DNA of 64,000 nucleotides from a virus (Duplodnaviria; Caudoviricetes): IMG/VR virus record IMGVR_UViG_3300021962_008747, positions 1 to 64,000 of that record; one strand, 5' to 3'. Shown piece by piece: positions 47,231 to 56,687 of this stretch (position 1 is its first letter; each line of letters starts with the position of its first letter). The notes under the pieces were generated by a model. It saw only the letters and a program-made list of their open reading frames with translations, ran no database searches and was not told where the DNA came from. The position numbers and the translations under genes were made by a program.

Positions 47231-48304
47231 TTAAATTTTTTCTTTTAAGATATTTATAATTTTTTCAGAAGTTGTTCCATCACCTAACCATTCTGTTTTT
47301 CTGTCGTTTGACTTTAATAATAACCAACTTTCTGAATTTGCCCAAGTAAAGTTTTTATTTGTGTTAACATCAATCATAAATGAACAATTGTTATTAACAG
47401 ATTCCGGTCTTTCTGTAAAATCTCTTGGTACTATTACCGGAGTATTAAGTAATGCTGGCTCTTCTTGTGCGGTCCCTGAATCTGAAATAATAAATTTTGA
47501 ATGATATACTTGATTAACATATTCTTTGAATGGTAATAAATTAATTATTTTTATGTTTTTTAAATCAATATTATACTCGTTTATATAGTCTAATGTTCTT
47601 TTGAAACCTAACATAAAAACAGGTAAACCATATTTTTCACTTATTTGGTTAGTATAATTAATTATATTATGTAATCTATCCTTATATTTAAAATTTTCTG
47701 GTCTGTGTATATCTAGTATAATTCTATCATTTTTTTTATTTTCTTTAGGTATGTGATTTTTTACAACTTCTACTATGGTGTTTCCTACAACAAAAATAGA
47801 ATCTTTATGTATGTTTTCTTTTAACGCCTTATCTTTGTAATTATCGTGATAAACAAATAAAAAATCGCTACAGTGATCACAAACAACCCTATTTATTTCC
47901 TCTAACATTCTTTTATCGTAAGAACGCATACCTGCCTCTATGTGACCAATTTTATAACCTTCTTTTTTTAAAGAAACTGAGGAGGTCACCGAATTTGAAT
48001 CCCCAAGAAACAAAATAATGTCAGGATTCAATTTTTCTTTACGAATTAATTCAATTAATTTAACAGATAAATCCGCGCTTTGGTGAAAATGTTCCTTACC
48101 TATACCTCCTATTTCTAAATTAAAGTTTGGTTTACGAATTTCTAATTCATCAAAAAAAACATCCGAAAGTAATTTATCAAAATGTTGGCCAGTATGGATT
48201 AAAATGTGGTTAAAATTTTTATCTAATTTTTTAAATATTTCAGACATTCTGATAAAATCAGGACGGATACCTGTAACGGTAATAATTGTTTTATTATTTA
48301 TCAT
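47231..48304 (-). CDS. wecB: UDP-N-acetylglucosamine 2-epimerase
   Basis: GIRPDFIR, HTGQH, GDSNS, HIEAGMRS, SDSGTAQEE, TERPE. Confidence 0.92.
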   Translation of the reverse strand: MINNKTIITVTGIRPDFIRMSEIFKKLDKNFNHILIHTGQHFDKLLSDVFFDELEIRKPNFNLEIGGIGKEHFHQSADLSVKLIELIRKEKLNPDIILFLGDSNSVTSSVSLKKEGYKIGHIEAGMRSYDKRMLEEINRVVCDHCSDFLFVYHDNYKDKALKENIHKDSIFVVGNTIVEVVKNHIPKENKKNDRIILDIHRPENFKYKDRLHNIINYTNQISEKYGLPVFMLGFKRTLDYINEYNIDLKNIKIINLLPFKEYVNQVYHSKFIISDSGTAQEEPALLNTPVIVPRDFTERPESVNNNCSFMIDVNTNKNFTWANSESWLLLKSNDRKTEWLGDGTTSEKIINILKEKI

Positions 48305-49082
48305 TTAAATTTATATTAAATATGTTATCAACTTCTACGGTGTTATACTCTGAAGGAGGGTTACCTGGAGTTATGGCCTTCATTCCGTGAGTCCAATTAT
48401 TAAAATAATTTATAAAAGTAGGAATGTAATTATCAAAGTTTATTTTTGCAGATGAATTACGTAATTTTTTTTCAATATCTTTTCTTATAAAACTCATATG
48501 ATGCATTTCAATTTCATCCCTTTCAAACCTTTTAAATTTTCCAGAATCCATACTTCTAGTTGGATCGGTTAGTACAGGAAAGTTATTTGCAAAAACATAT
48601 GTAATATTTGGTCTTATTTTGAATAGTAAACTAACATAATATTCTTCTTTTGGTTCTAATCTATATATTGGTTCTTTGTAATAAGTTGACATTTGGCATG
48701 CGGAAGAATCGTAATCTCCATCTAAAATTATTTTTTTCATATACTCAAATTGACTTTTTAAATAATACTCATCGGTATCCATAGACATGTGATGAGTACA
48801 CCCTCTTTTTTCGGAAAACATCAAACCAATATTTCTTTTATTAACCTCATTAATATGGGGGGAAACACCAAGTAGTGGGTGATATTCTATTATATCATCA
48901 ACTAAACCATCTTTTTTTAAATTATTTAAATAATTTTCTAAATTTTTGTTACAGTCTTGACCATAATTTGATTTTTTTTGGAAAACAACCGAAATATAAT
49001 CAACACTATTTCTTATTTGTGTTATAGAACCTTTTAAATGTTCTTCAGCATCAAAAACATTATAACTAACACCTACTTTCAT
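48294..49082 (-). CDS. GT-A fold glycosyltransferase-like protein
   Basis: SYNVFDAEEHL, KRNIGL, MSMDTDEYY. Confidence 0.7.
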   Translation of the reverse strand: MKVGVSYNVFDAEEHLKGSITQIRNSVDYISVVFQKKSNYGQDCNKNLENYLNNLKKDGLVDDIIEYHPLLGVSPHINEVNKRNIGLMFSEKRGCTHHMSMDTDEYYLKSQFEYMKKIILDGDYDSSACQMSTYYKEPIYRLEPKEEYYVSLLFKIRPNITYVFANNFPVLTDPTRSMDSGKFKRFERDEIEMHHMSFIRKDIEKKLRNSSAKINFDNYIPTFINYFNNWTHGMKAITPGNPPSEYNTVEVDNIFNINLNDK

Positions 49083-50593
49083 TTTGTATTAATTTTTTGT
49101 ATTTTATTTTGTATTTTATCCCATCTTTTTTGAACCGCAGGTACTAAATAGTTTATATAGTCATAATTTAATTTTTGTAGATTTTCGGGGTCCAAGTTTC
49201 TAGAAAGAGATTCATAGTGATATGCGACACAATCACTATTTTGGATGTTTTCAAAACCTAAAGAGTTTGTTTCTATGTTTAATTCAACATCTTCAAAACA
49301 TGAAATATAATTTTCATTAAAAAAACCAATCTTTTCAAAAAGTTTTTTTCTTATCATTAGTAATCCACCTGTATTCCCAAAAACAACAATATTATTTGTA
49401 AAAAAATTATAATAGTTTTTTATATTCAAATGACCAACCTCTAATTTTTTATCTATAATTGCCATAAAAATACCATTATGTTGTATGGTATTATCTGCGT
49501 AATGTAATCTACCCCCAACGGTTCCCGCTTTTTTATTCTTTTCAAAAGTATCTAAAAACCCTGTAATAACATCATTAAGTATTTTTATATCATTATTACA
49601 AAACAAAATAAATTCGTATTCGTCACCAACATGGTTTTTAACAACATCGTTATTTATTTTTGCAAAGTTATAATAATCATATTCTATGAATGACACATTT
49701 TTAAAAGAAGTTATAAAATCTATTGTTTCTTTTTTTTCTAATTCAGAAGACCCTGTATCTGCAATAAAAATATTAAACACGTCACTATCACAATTTTCAA
49801 AAAATGAATTTATACAGTCTTTTAGAATTGGTACGTTACCTTTAGTAGGTATAATAATTGCCACCTTACCAAACTTTTTAAATTTTTTTGTATCTATTTT
49901 TTTGTAAAAAACTTTTTGTGGTTTTAAATCTAATGGTAAAATATTACCCCATTTTTCTAAAAATTTATTTTTACTTTCAAAAAATTCTTGATTTGGTTTA
50001 CCAACAGACTCATGGGTGATTTCAAAAGAAGACGTAACACCTATCTTAACGTTTTCTAAATAATTTGGTATACAAAATCCGTGATCATAAAAATGAAATT
50101 TACCAAAAGTTTCATCAAATCTATGTTTAATTTTATTTTTATCAAACGATATAAAAAGACCATCAATAGTAACTACAGGTATTATTTCAGGTATTTTAGG
50201 TGAATATTTACTTAACCATTTTTTTTGATTTGGTGGGTGGTGGTAAACCTGACCAACCATAGTTCTTTGCATATTTTCCCAATACACTCCAGATTCAGGA
50301 AAATAACATGAACCGGCTTTACCTAAAATACCATATTCTTTATTTTCATTAAAGTCATTTAGTAATTTTTTACCCCAATTTTTTTCTAGTTTTATATCGT
50401 TATGACAACAAACGATTATATTAAAAATTGATTCACCAATACCCTTGTTGTAAATTTGTGATAATGCGAACTCATTATTATTTTCATATTCAAGAATTTG
50501 TATGTCTTTTAGACCACAACTTTCTAATAAATGTTTTTTAAACTTGTCGTTATAGGTTTTGTCCTTATGTGTCGAATAAATAATACTTATCAT
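49079..50593 (-). CDS. Two-domain glycosyltransferase (GT2-like x2)
   Basis: CCHNDI...FHFYD first domain; IIIPTK, DTGS, FCNNDI, FEDVEL second domain. Confidence 0.85.
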   Translation of the reverse strand: MISIIYSTHKDKTYNDKFKKHLLESCGLKDIQILEYENNNEFALSQIYNKGIGESIFNIIVCCHNDIKLEKNWGKKLLNDFNENKEYGILGKAGSCYFPESGVYWENMQRTMVGQVYHHPPNQKKWLSKYSPKIPEIIPVVTIDGLFISFDKNKIKHRFDETFGKFHFYDHGFCIPNYLENVKIGVTSSFEITHESVGKPNQEFFESKNKFLEKWGNILPLDLKPQKVFYKKIDTKKFKKFGKVAIIIPTKGNVPILKDCINSFFENCDSDVFNIFIADTGSSELEKKETIDFITSFKNVSFIEYDYYNFAKINNDVVKNHVGDEYEFILFCNNDIKILNDVITGFLDTFEKNKKAGTVGGRLHYADNTIQHNGIFMAIIDKKLEVGHLNIKNYYNFFTNNIVVFGNTGGLLMIRKKLFEKIGFFNENYISCFEDVELNIETNSLGFENIQNSDCVAYHYESLSRNLDPENLQKLNYDYINYLVPAVQKRWDKIQNKIQKINTK

Positions 50594-51171
50594 AATCCCG
50601 TACTTCCAAATCCTTTATTGTTTCTATCTTTTTCACTAATCTCTTCAACTTTAACTAAATTAACCCATTTACCGTTAACTACAGGACATAAAACTGCTTG
50701 TGCAATTTTTTGACCCTTCTCTATTTTGATTCTTTCGTTAGTTGTGTTGAAAATAATAACTTTTACTTCCCCTTGATACCCGCTATCAACAGTACCAGGC
50801 GAATTTAAAACCATAAGTCCCTGATTAAGAGCCAAACCACTCTTACTTCTTACCTGAATTTCATGACCGTCAGGAATATCAAACCTTAATCCTGTTGGAA
50901 TTAAGGATCTACTATTTGCCTGAACCCATATTTCCTCTCTTGATCTTAAATCAAAACCAGAATCAGATTCATACGCGTATTCAGGTTCTTTGTTTTCTGA
51001 TTCATTTTTATATTTTAATTCTAATTTTGAAACCATCGACCCTTCAAAAAATTGATTGATCATATCAACGTCAATTGAATTTAAAAAATCGTCAAATTCG
51101 TTATTTTCTGTATTATCTAAATTTAGTTTTTCTAATTGTTTCAATTTTGATTCTATGCTTTCTTCACTCAT
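50590..51171 (-). CDS. dut: dUTPase
   Basis: SGFDL, RSKSGLA, GTVDSGYQGE, KIAQ, RNNKGFGSTG. Confidence 0.93.
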   Translation of the reverse strand: MSEESIESKLKQLEKLNLDNTENNEFDDFLNSIDVDMINQFFEGSMVSKLELKYKNESENKEPEYAYESDSGFDLRSREEIWVQANSRSLIPTGLRFDIPDGHEIQVRSKSGLALNQGLMVLNSPGTVDSGYQGEVKVIIFNTTNERIKIEKGQKIAQAVLCPVVNGKWVNLVKVEEISEKDRNNKGFGSTGL

Positions 51172-51896
51172 TTTAATTCTTTTAATTTTTTTATGAAATC
51201 TATTAATACATTAACATCTTTTTCGCAATATTCAGATATTTCTTGTAATCTATTATGGTTCCAATATGCTTCATGAACCATACCCCCATTCACCTCACCA
51301 TCTTTAGGTGTCGGTATGTCTAAAGTCGCACATACTAAATCTAAAGATCCAATCGCAGAGTATGCCCCGTATTGCCAAATTTCTTTTGTGTCAATTGCTT
51401 TAACTTCCCACGGCTTAGTATCATATGAAGGAAGTATTTTAGATGGTTTAATACCATTAATGATCATACGTTTTGCCATCATAGGTATATCAAAATTTTT
51501 AAGATTGTGACCACAAAGATAAAAATCTAAATTATGACATCTATCTAATAAATTTCTAACTTGTAATAATAATTCTCGTTCATCATCACCTGAAAATGTT
51601 TGCTTTTTTACTTCTCCATTTTCCATAACAAAGGCCATAGAAACACAAACTATTTTAGCAAACTCAGGAACAAGAGCTGAACGTTTTGAATAAACATCAT
51701 TCATTTTTTGTAATTCTTCTTCAAGACCATGGGTTTCATAATTGTCTTCAGGAAATCTTTTTAAAAACCAATCAAAATATTTAATAAATTGTTCAGCCAC
51801 TTTTGGATTACTTTGCTGACATGTTGACCAATCTTTACAAATTCCAACAGTTTCAATATCCAAAAATAAAATTTTTGTAATGGGTATATTAATCAT
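51168..51896 (-). CDS. DEDD 3'-5' exonuclease (PolB exonuclease-like)
   Basis: FLDIETV, GHNLKNFDIP, YCEKDV. Confidence 0.85.
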   Translation of the reverse strand: MINIPITKILFLDIETVGICKDWSTCQQSNPKVAEQFIKYFDWFLKRFPEDNYETHGLEEELQKMNDVYSKRSALVPEFAKIVCVSMAFVMENGEVKKQTFSGDDERELLLQVRNLLDRCHNLDFYLCGHNLKNFDIPMMAKRMIINGIKPSKILPSYDTKPWEVKAIDTKEIWQYGAYSAIGSLDLVCATLDIPTPKDGEVNGGMVHEAYWNHNRLQEISEYCEKDVNVLIDFIKKLKELK

Positions 51897-53143
51897 TTTA
51901 CTAATGTTTTATAAAGTTCCGCTCTGTCTTTTGTTACTTTATTTAAATCATACGTGTCTTTAACTGTCTCGTATAATCTTTGTCCTAAGTCATACGCCCA
52001 ATTAGGGTTATCAATTAATTTTTTCATGTATTTTGACCAATCCCCGTTTCTTACCTCATCTACAAGTAGTGCATTTCCATCAACAAATTCTCCATTTTTT
52101 AACGAATGTTTTAAATCGATAGTGTAAGGACCAACATTTGACGCTATAATTGCTTTCTTATAAAATCCCGCTTCAATAACTTTAAGTTGTGATTTTACTC
52201 TATTGAAAATATGATTTTTAATTGGTGCTAACGATACATCAAACCATCTGTAATTAGATGCGTAAGTTGTTACAGGTTTTGTCCAAACTCTGGTGTAAAA
52301 AGGTAAAGTATCCGAAACAAATTCTTCTTCTTTAAATTTCATTAAAAAATCTTTATGTTCAGGATCAACCATTCTGTAATTATCTGTGAAAATTTCTTCA
52401 TATCTAGCCCAAACCGTTTCTTCAGGTTTAATTGGTCTTTGTTTTTGTTCTCCTGTTTGTTTGTTAATTTCGGTAACACTTCCCCTTGTATCAAAACCAC
52501 ATAGGTACAAGCTAAACTTATCTCTGTGAGAACTTAATTTATTTATTGTACCATCTAACAATTTTAAATCATGTAAGTGAGACGAACCACCTAACCAACC
52601 AAATCTTAATTTTTCTGAAGGTAATGTTTCAAATTGAAATTGAGGTTCATTTGGGTTAATTGCATTTGGTAAAACAAAAACATTTTTATTTAATTTTTTT
52701 ATTTCATCTGCAAATATTGTTGTGGTTGTTGTTACATACTTAGCAACTTTCAAATTAGCTATTATTTTTTCATGTAATTTATTTTGTACAACTAATTGAT
52801 GAACAGGGTGTTCTTTTGTTGGTAACCAATAATCATCCAAATCCATAATAGTTACAATACCTAAATTATTTAAATTTTGAATTATACTTGTTGATGCGTC
52901 GTAGTTTTGACCAATACTTCTATGAAAATGTACAATATCGTATTGTTTCCAATAATTTATATCATTAATTTTTGGTTCGTAGTCAATATCTACGTGGAAA
53001 TCATCTCCGTGATTATTTTGTAACATAACGTGTGGATCCACACTTCTAAATTTACCTTAACCAACTCCGGTACGGTCGCTAGGGAGTACTAACACCCTAA
53101 TTTTTCTGCGAACGTCCGGAGTATATTTACTCTCTTGTGTCAT
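51893..53143 (-). CDS. GT-B glycosyltransferase; likely true start 53143, with an in-frame TAA at 53057-53059 between two GGT codons
   Basis: MTQESKYTPDVRRKIRVLVLPSDRTGVG*GKFRSVDPHVM is in frame with track ORF 51893..53041 (DLDDYW, GWLGGSSH, KSQLKVIEAG). Confidence 0.75.
53064..53122 (-). other. Extended GC-rich mRNA hairpin immediately 5' of the GGT-TAA-GGT site
   Basis: ACUCCGG/CCGGAGU, ACG/CGU, UCGC/GCGA and UAGGG/CCCUA stacked stems. Confidence 0.75.
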
Positions 53144-54044
53144 ATTTTTTTATAATTTGATTTATAAGTTTTGGATTTTTTTTAAGCTGTGACTCCCAAA
53201 CTACTTCTAAATTATAACCATTTCTTATTATTAAGTCAACCTTGTCCCTATCATAATCCCACAATTCTTGCGCTGTTTTTTGTTTTACTTGGTGAAAATA
53301 ACTACTACTGTATTTTTCAGGATTACAATGCCAATAATCTCCATTATATTCAATAACTAAATTTAATTTTGGTACGTATATATCACATATTTTTGTATCA
53401 ATTTTTAATGAATGTTTTACATCATAACCTATTTTTTTAATTTCTATTATTATTTCTTTTTCTTTTTTTGATCTTACAACTGATTTTATTTTACCTAATC
53501 TTCTAGTTTTCTTTATTGTTTCAGAAAATATTTTTCTTAGATGTTCCATTTTACCATCTTTCCATTTTTTTCTAATAATATTTGCAACTCTTTCTCTATT
53601 CTCTTTTTTAGACATATAGTTCTTTTCACCAACCCCCTTACCTTTTCTACTTTTAGAAATTTGTTTTTTAGTTTTACTTGAATGTTTTTTACCATAAAAT
53701 GGATTGCCTTCACCAATTTGTAATTCTAATGAACATTTTTTGCAAGGATTATTTTTTTTTAATTTATTAAAGTGGTTCCTACATGCAATTACTTTATCTT
53801 TTGATTTTGTTAAAATTATTTGATCACAATTTGGGCACAACCTTTCCACCGTGTAGAATTTACCATTTTGTTTAATATCCAAACTATCACATCTGTCACG
53901 TTTTCGTATTACATTATGTTTTTTAAGTATTTTCAAAATAACCGGTTTAGAAACACCGAACTCTGACGACAACACTAAAGAACTCTTACCATTAAGATAT
54001 TCTTTTAAAACTTTTTTTTCGTTTAAATTTATTTTATTACCCAT
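53127..54044 (-). CDS. Free-standing homing-type endonuclease (NUMOD3 + PD-(D/E)xK/Vsr-like nuclease)
   Basis: GEGNPFYGKKHSSKTKKQIS (NUMOD3); CDIYVPKLNLVIEYNGDYWH...GYNLEVVWE; CxxC pairs. Confidence 0.8.
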   Translation of the reverse strand: MGNKINLNEKKVLKEYLNGKSSLVLSSEFGVSKPVILKILKKHNVIRKRDRCDSLDIKQNGKFYTVERLCPNCDQIILTKSKDKVIACRNHFNKLKKNNPCKKCSLELQIGEGNPFYGKKHSSKTKKQISKSRKGKGVGEKNYMSKKENRERVANIIRKKWKDGKMEHLRKIFSETIKKTRRLGKIKSVVRSKKEKEIIIEIKKIGYDVKHSLKIDTKICDIYVPKLNLVIEYNGDYWHCNPEKYSSSYFHQVKQKTAQELWDYDRDKVDLIIRNGYNLEVVWESQLKKNPKLINQIIKKYDTRE

Positions 54045-54091
54045 AATAATATAAATAGTCCTGTTCTATCAAAAGGAAATATTACTATAAT

Positions 54092-54119
54092 AAAAAATCC
54101 ACCCTTTATAGGTGGATTT
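54092..54119 (-). terminator. Intrinsic terminator
   Basis: AAATCCACC-N7-GGTGGATTT + U-tract on the minus strand. Confidence 0.75.
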
Positions 54120-54137
54120 ATCTAACGATACGCAACT

Positions 54138-54755
54138 TTATTTTTCTAAATTTTTAATCTTCGTGACTTTACCAACAAACAAAGTATTTCCTACTTTGAA
54201 TTGGATTGTTTCGTTAGTATTAATTGTTGATTCAACTAACATTCCAGCATCTTTTAACTCTTCTCTAACAACATCTCTAACAGTATCTCTAACAACATCT
54301 CTAATCATACTTTTCATTTCAGATAAGTTAAAATTTGAAGATTGTTCAGTGGGTTTAATTGTTTCTTGTTTTTTTGGTGTTTGTTTTTGCTCTGAGAAGT
54401 TTTCTTTTTTCATTAATCTAGCCGCACCTTCTATTACCTCATTTGATAGTTCCACCCCACCTGTCATTGAGCTTGGTTGAATTATTGGTTGTTCAATCAT
54501 TAATCTTTTAATTTCATCTGGTAGTTTTGAATTCATAATTCTATCCTGTTCTAACGGTCTCGTTGGATCGTGGTATGATTTTTCTGTGTTTTCATTTAAT
54601 AACTCTTCAGGTAAATTATATGATCCATTTACTGGTTCAAAATTTTGTACTGCTGGGTTTACGTTTCTTACATCCCCTCTTTTAATTTGTTCGGTTTTTT
54701 CCATTATTTTTTTTGACACTGCAAGTCTTTGCATTAAGTCCATTTCATTTGCCAT
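54138..54755 (-). CDS. Hypothetical protein
   Basis: 205 aa; IRDVVRDTVRDVVREE 12-bp tandem repeat. Confidence 0.6.
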   Translation of the reverse strand: MANEMDLMQRLAVSKKIMEKTEQIKRGDVRNVNPAVQNFEPVNGSYNLPEELLNENTEKSYHDPTRPLEQDRIMNSKLPDEIKRLMIEQPIIQPSSMTGGVELSNEVIEGAARLMKKENFSEQKQTPKKQETIKPTEQSSNFNLSEMKSMIRDVVRDTVRDVVREELKDAGMLVESTINTNETIQFKVGNTLFVGKVTKIKNLEK

Positions 54756-54757
54756 AA

Positions 54758-55159
54758 TTAAGTTATATTTTCTTCGTTGTCGAATTTTGCATTTATAAAA
54801 ACCCTTTCCATACTTTTATCACCATTAGGATTATATTTAGGTCTCATAGTATAAAAATTATCCATAGTTGGTCTATATGTAAAGATTTTATCTAATCTAA
54901 ATAATCTCCAACCAGGTAAAAAATTATTTTCATTTTGCGCACTCCAAGATGAACCTTCAATTTCCCATGCTCGTAATACGAAGTTTCCTTTTTTACTTAC
55001 GCCCAAACATACAGGTTCAATTGTTCTATATCCTTTTCCTCCATTATCTTCGCCATCATAATATATTATCATTACTTTTTTATTGCGTATAGAATTTCTA
55101 ACATCATCTATAGACGCCGCTTCATTAATAACACTTTTAAGGGAATTAATTAATTTCAT
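54758..55159 (-). CDS. Stand-alone WYL-domain protein
   Basis: IYY...RTIEPVCLG....VLRAW...WRLFRLDKI. Confidence 0.75.
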   Translation of the reverse strand: MKLINSLKSVINEAASIDDVRNSIRNKKVMIIYYDGEDNGGKGYRTIEPVCLGVSKKGNFVLRAWEIEGSSWSAQNENNFLPGWRLFRLDKIFTYRPTMDNFYTMRPKYNPNGDKSMERVFINAKFDNEENIT

Positions 55160-55449
55160 CTAACTTGATAGTATGGATTGTTAGGTGAAAACTTGTTTAT
55201 TTTTATATCATCGATTCTTTCTGCTCTATCAACACTAGAACCGGCCTTTTGATTATAAATATCTAAATCACCACCGGTACCTTTACCATTCACATCACCA
55301 TCAGCAATTGCGTCAGGGTGTACTGCTGAATATTGGTCCGTTGGTTTAAAATCATTTCTTGGAAATAATTTTTTTCTTTGTTCTTCTGCAATTCTTGACA
55401 TTTCATTATCAGGTTGTGAAAGATCAATTTTATCACTTTGTACTGCCAT
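55156..55449 (-). CDS. Hypothetical protein
   Basis: 97 aa, translationally coupled. Confidence 0.6.
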   Translation of the reverse strand: MAVQSDKIDLSQPDNEMSRIAEEQRKKLFPRNDFKPTDQYSAVHPDAIADGDVNGKGTGGDLDIYNQKAGSSVDRAERIDDIKINKFSPNNPYYQVR

Positions 55450-55450
55450 T

Positions 55451-55900
55451 TTAAATTACTTTTATTAAATTGTTTATTCTTATTATTTGGTTTTCTAATT
55501 TCAAATCATCCGCAGTTGTTGAATGTTTATCATTTAAATTAAAACTATTTTTTTCATGTGAATCTAAATATTGATTTTGCATACCGGCATCCGATTTAAT
55601 TTTTTTAGAATTATTAACACTTCCTCTCATTTGTTGTAGTGCGTGGTTTACCCAATTATGCATCCTATCACCACCATTTAACACAAAAGGGGCGTCTTCC
55701 TTTTTTCCGCTGTATGTATCAAACCAATTTTTTACTCTTTTTAAATCTTGATATGTTATTTGTTTAGATTGTCTAAGATTTTGATTTCTTTTATAACCCT
55801 CAGTATTGTTATCTCCTTGAACGGAATTGAAGCAATCACTCAAATGTTTTATCAAACTATCTGGTAAAATTATTATATTTCCATATAATTCTTTATTCAT
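55451..55900 (-). CDS. Hypothetical protein
   Basis: 149 aa, translationally coupled. Confidence 0.6.
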   Translation of the reverse strand: MNKELYGNIIILPDSLIKHLSDCFNSVQGDNNTEGYKRNQNLRQSKQITYQDLKRVKNWFDTYSGKKEDAPFVLNGGDRMHNWVNHALQQMRGSVNNSKKIKSDAGMQNQYLDSHEKNSFNLNDKHSTTADDLKLENQIIRINNLIKVI

Positions 55901-56636
55901 CTTTCAATAATCTTATAAGTTCCATTTTTGAAACACCAAATTTATCCGCCATATTCTTCAAAGATTTTATGTTTCTTAGTAGTATTGGATTTATTTTTTT
56001 ATCCTTAATTGAAATTTCATCATTTGGTGAATTTTTTTTAAATAAAATGTCTTCAGTTATTTCATCATCTAATTCTTTTAAAATTAATCGATCTATAAAA
56101 TTTTTTTTCTTTTTTATATTTTTTGGTGTTCTTTTATGTAAATTGGGTTTTTTTCCTTGTTGTACCGCTCTATCGATAGCGTCTTCTTTATCTAAACCTA
56201 ATTTTTTTTCATAGTGTTTAACAGTATCATTGAAATCCATAAACATCGTATCTTCAAAACCAAAAGCATCTGCCATATCTTCTTCCGCCAATTTACCTTC
56301 ACCATAGTAACCATACCACCCCCTCAATAACGGGTCTCTTGGATTTCTACTCATAGGGACTATTTTATCGGTAAATACGGAACCATCAATAGATGATTGT
56401 GGATCTAAAATCGGAATGTCAGAGGTTAACCACGTACCGTCATCACCAACTAATTCAGTGACTTCAGTTTCTTTTCCTTTAGATTTTTTTTTGGTTTTTT
56501 CTTCGAATGTTTTCATATCCTTACAAGGCATATACTTCCTGTTACCATCTTCATTATGATAATGGGAACCGGTACACCCCAAAGATTTTGCAACTCTTTC
56601 GGCTCTTTCCTTTGTTGAATATTTATATGTTTTCAT
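55893..56636 (-). CDS. Hypothetical protein with GCxGxHxH...YMPC motif
   Basis: 247 aa; potential metal-binding N-terminal motif. Confidence 0.6.
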   Translation of the reverse strand: MKTYKYSTKERAERVAKSLGCTGSHYHNEDGNRKYMPCKDMKTFEEKTKKKSKGKETEVTELVGDDGTWLTSDIPILDPQSSIDGSVFTDKIVPMSRNPRDPLLRGWYGYYGEGKLAEEDMADAFGFEDTMFMDFNDTVKHYEKKLGLDKEDAIDRAVQQGKKPNLHKRTPKNIKKKKNFIDRLILKELDDEITEDILFKKNSPNDEISIKDKKINPILLRNIKSLKNMADKFGVSKMELIRLLKDE

Positions 56637-56650
56637 CTAGGGTTTTACCT

Positions 56651-56676
56651 ATAAATACCGCGATTAAACTATTTAT
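56651..56676. promoter_or_regulatory. Back-to-back TATTTAT putative late promoters
   Basis: ATAAATA at 56651-57 and TATTTAT at 56670-76, each facing a divergent gene. Confidence 0.6.
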
Positions 56677-56687
56677 CATAAAAAAGA

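Noticed and set aside
53040-54140. Group I intron carrying the endonuclease inside the GT gene
   Set aside because: The endonuclease lies upstream of both GT segments with its own terminator/promoter context. Only 6 nt interrupt the GT, leaving no room for a ribozyme core.
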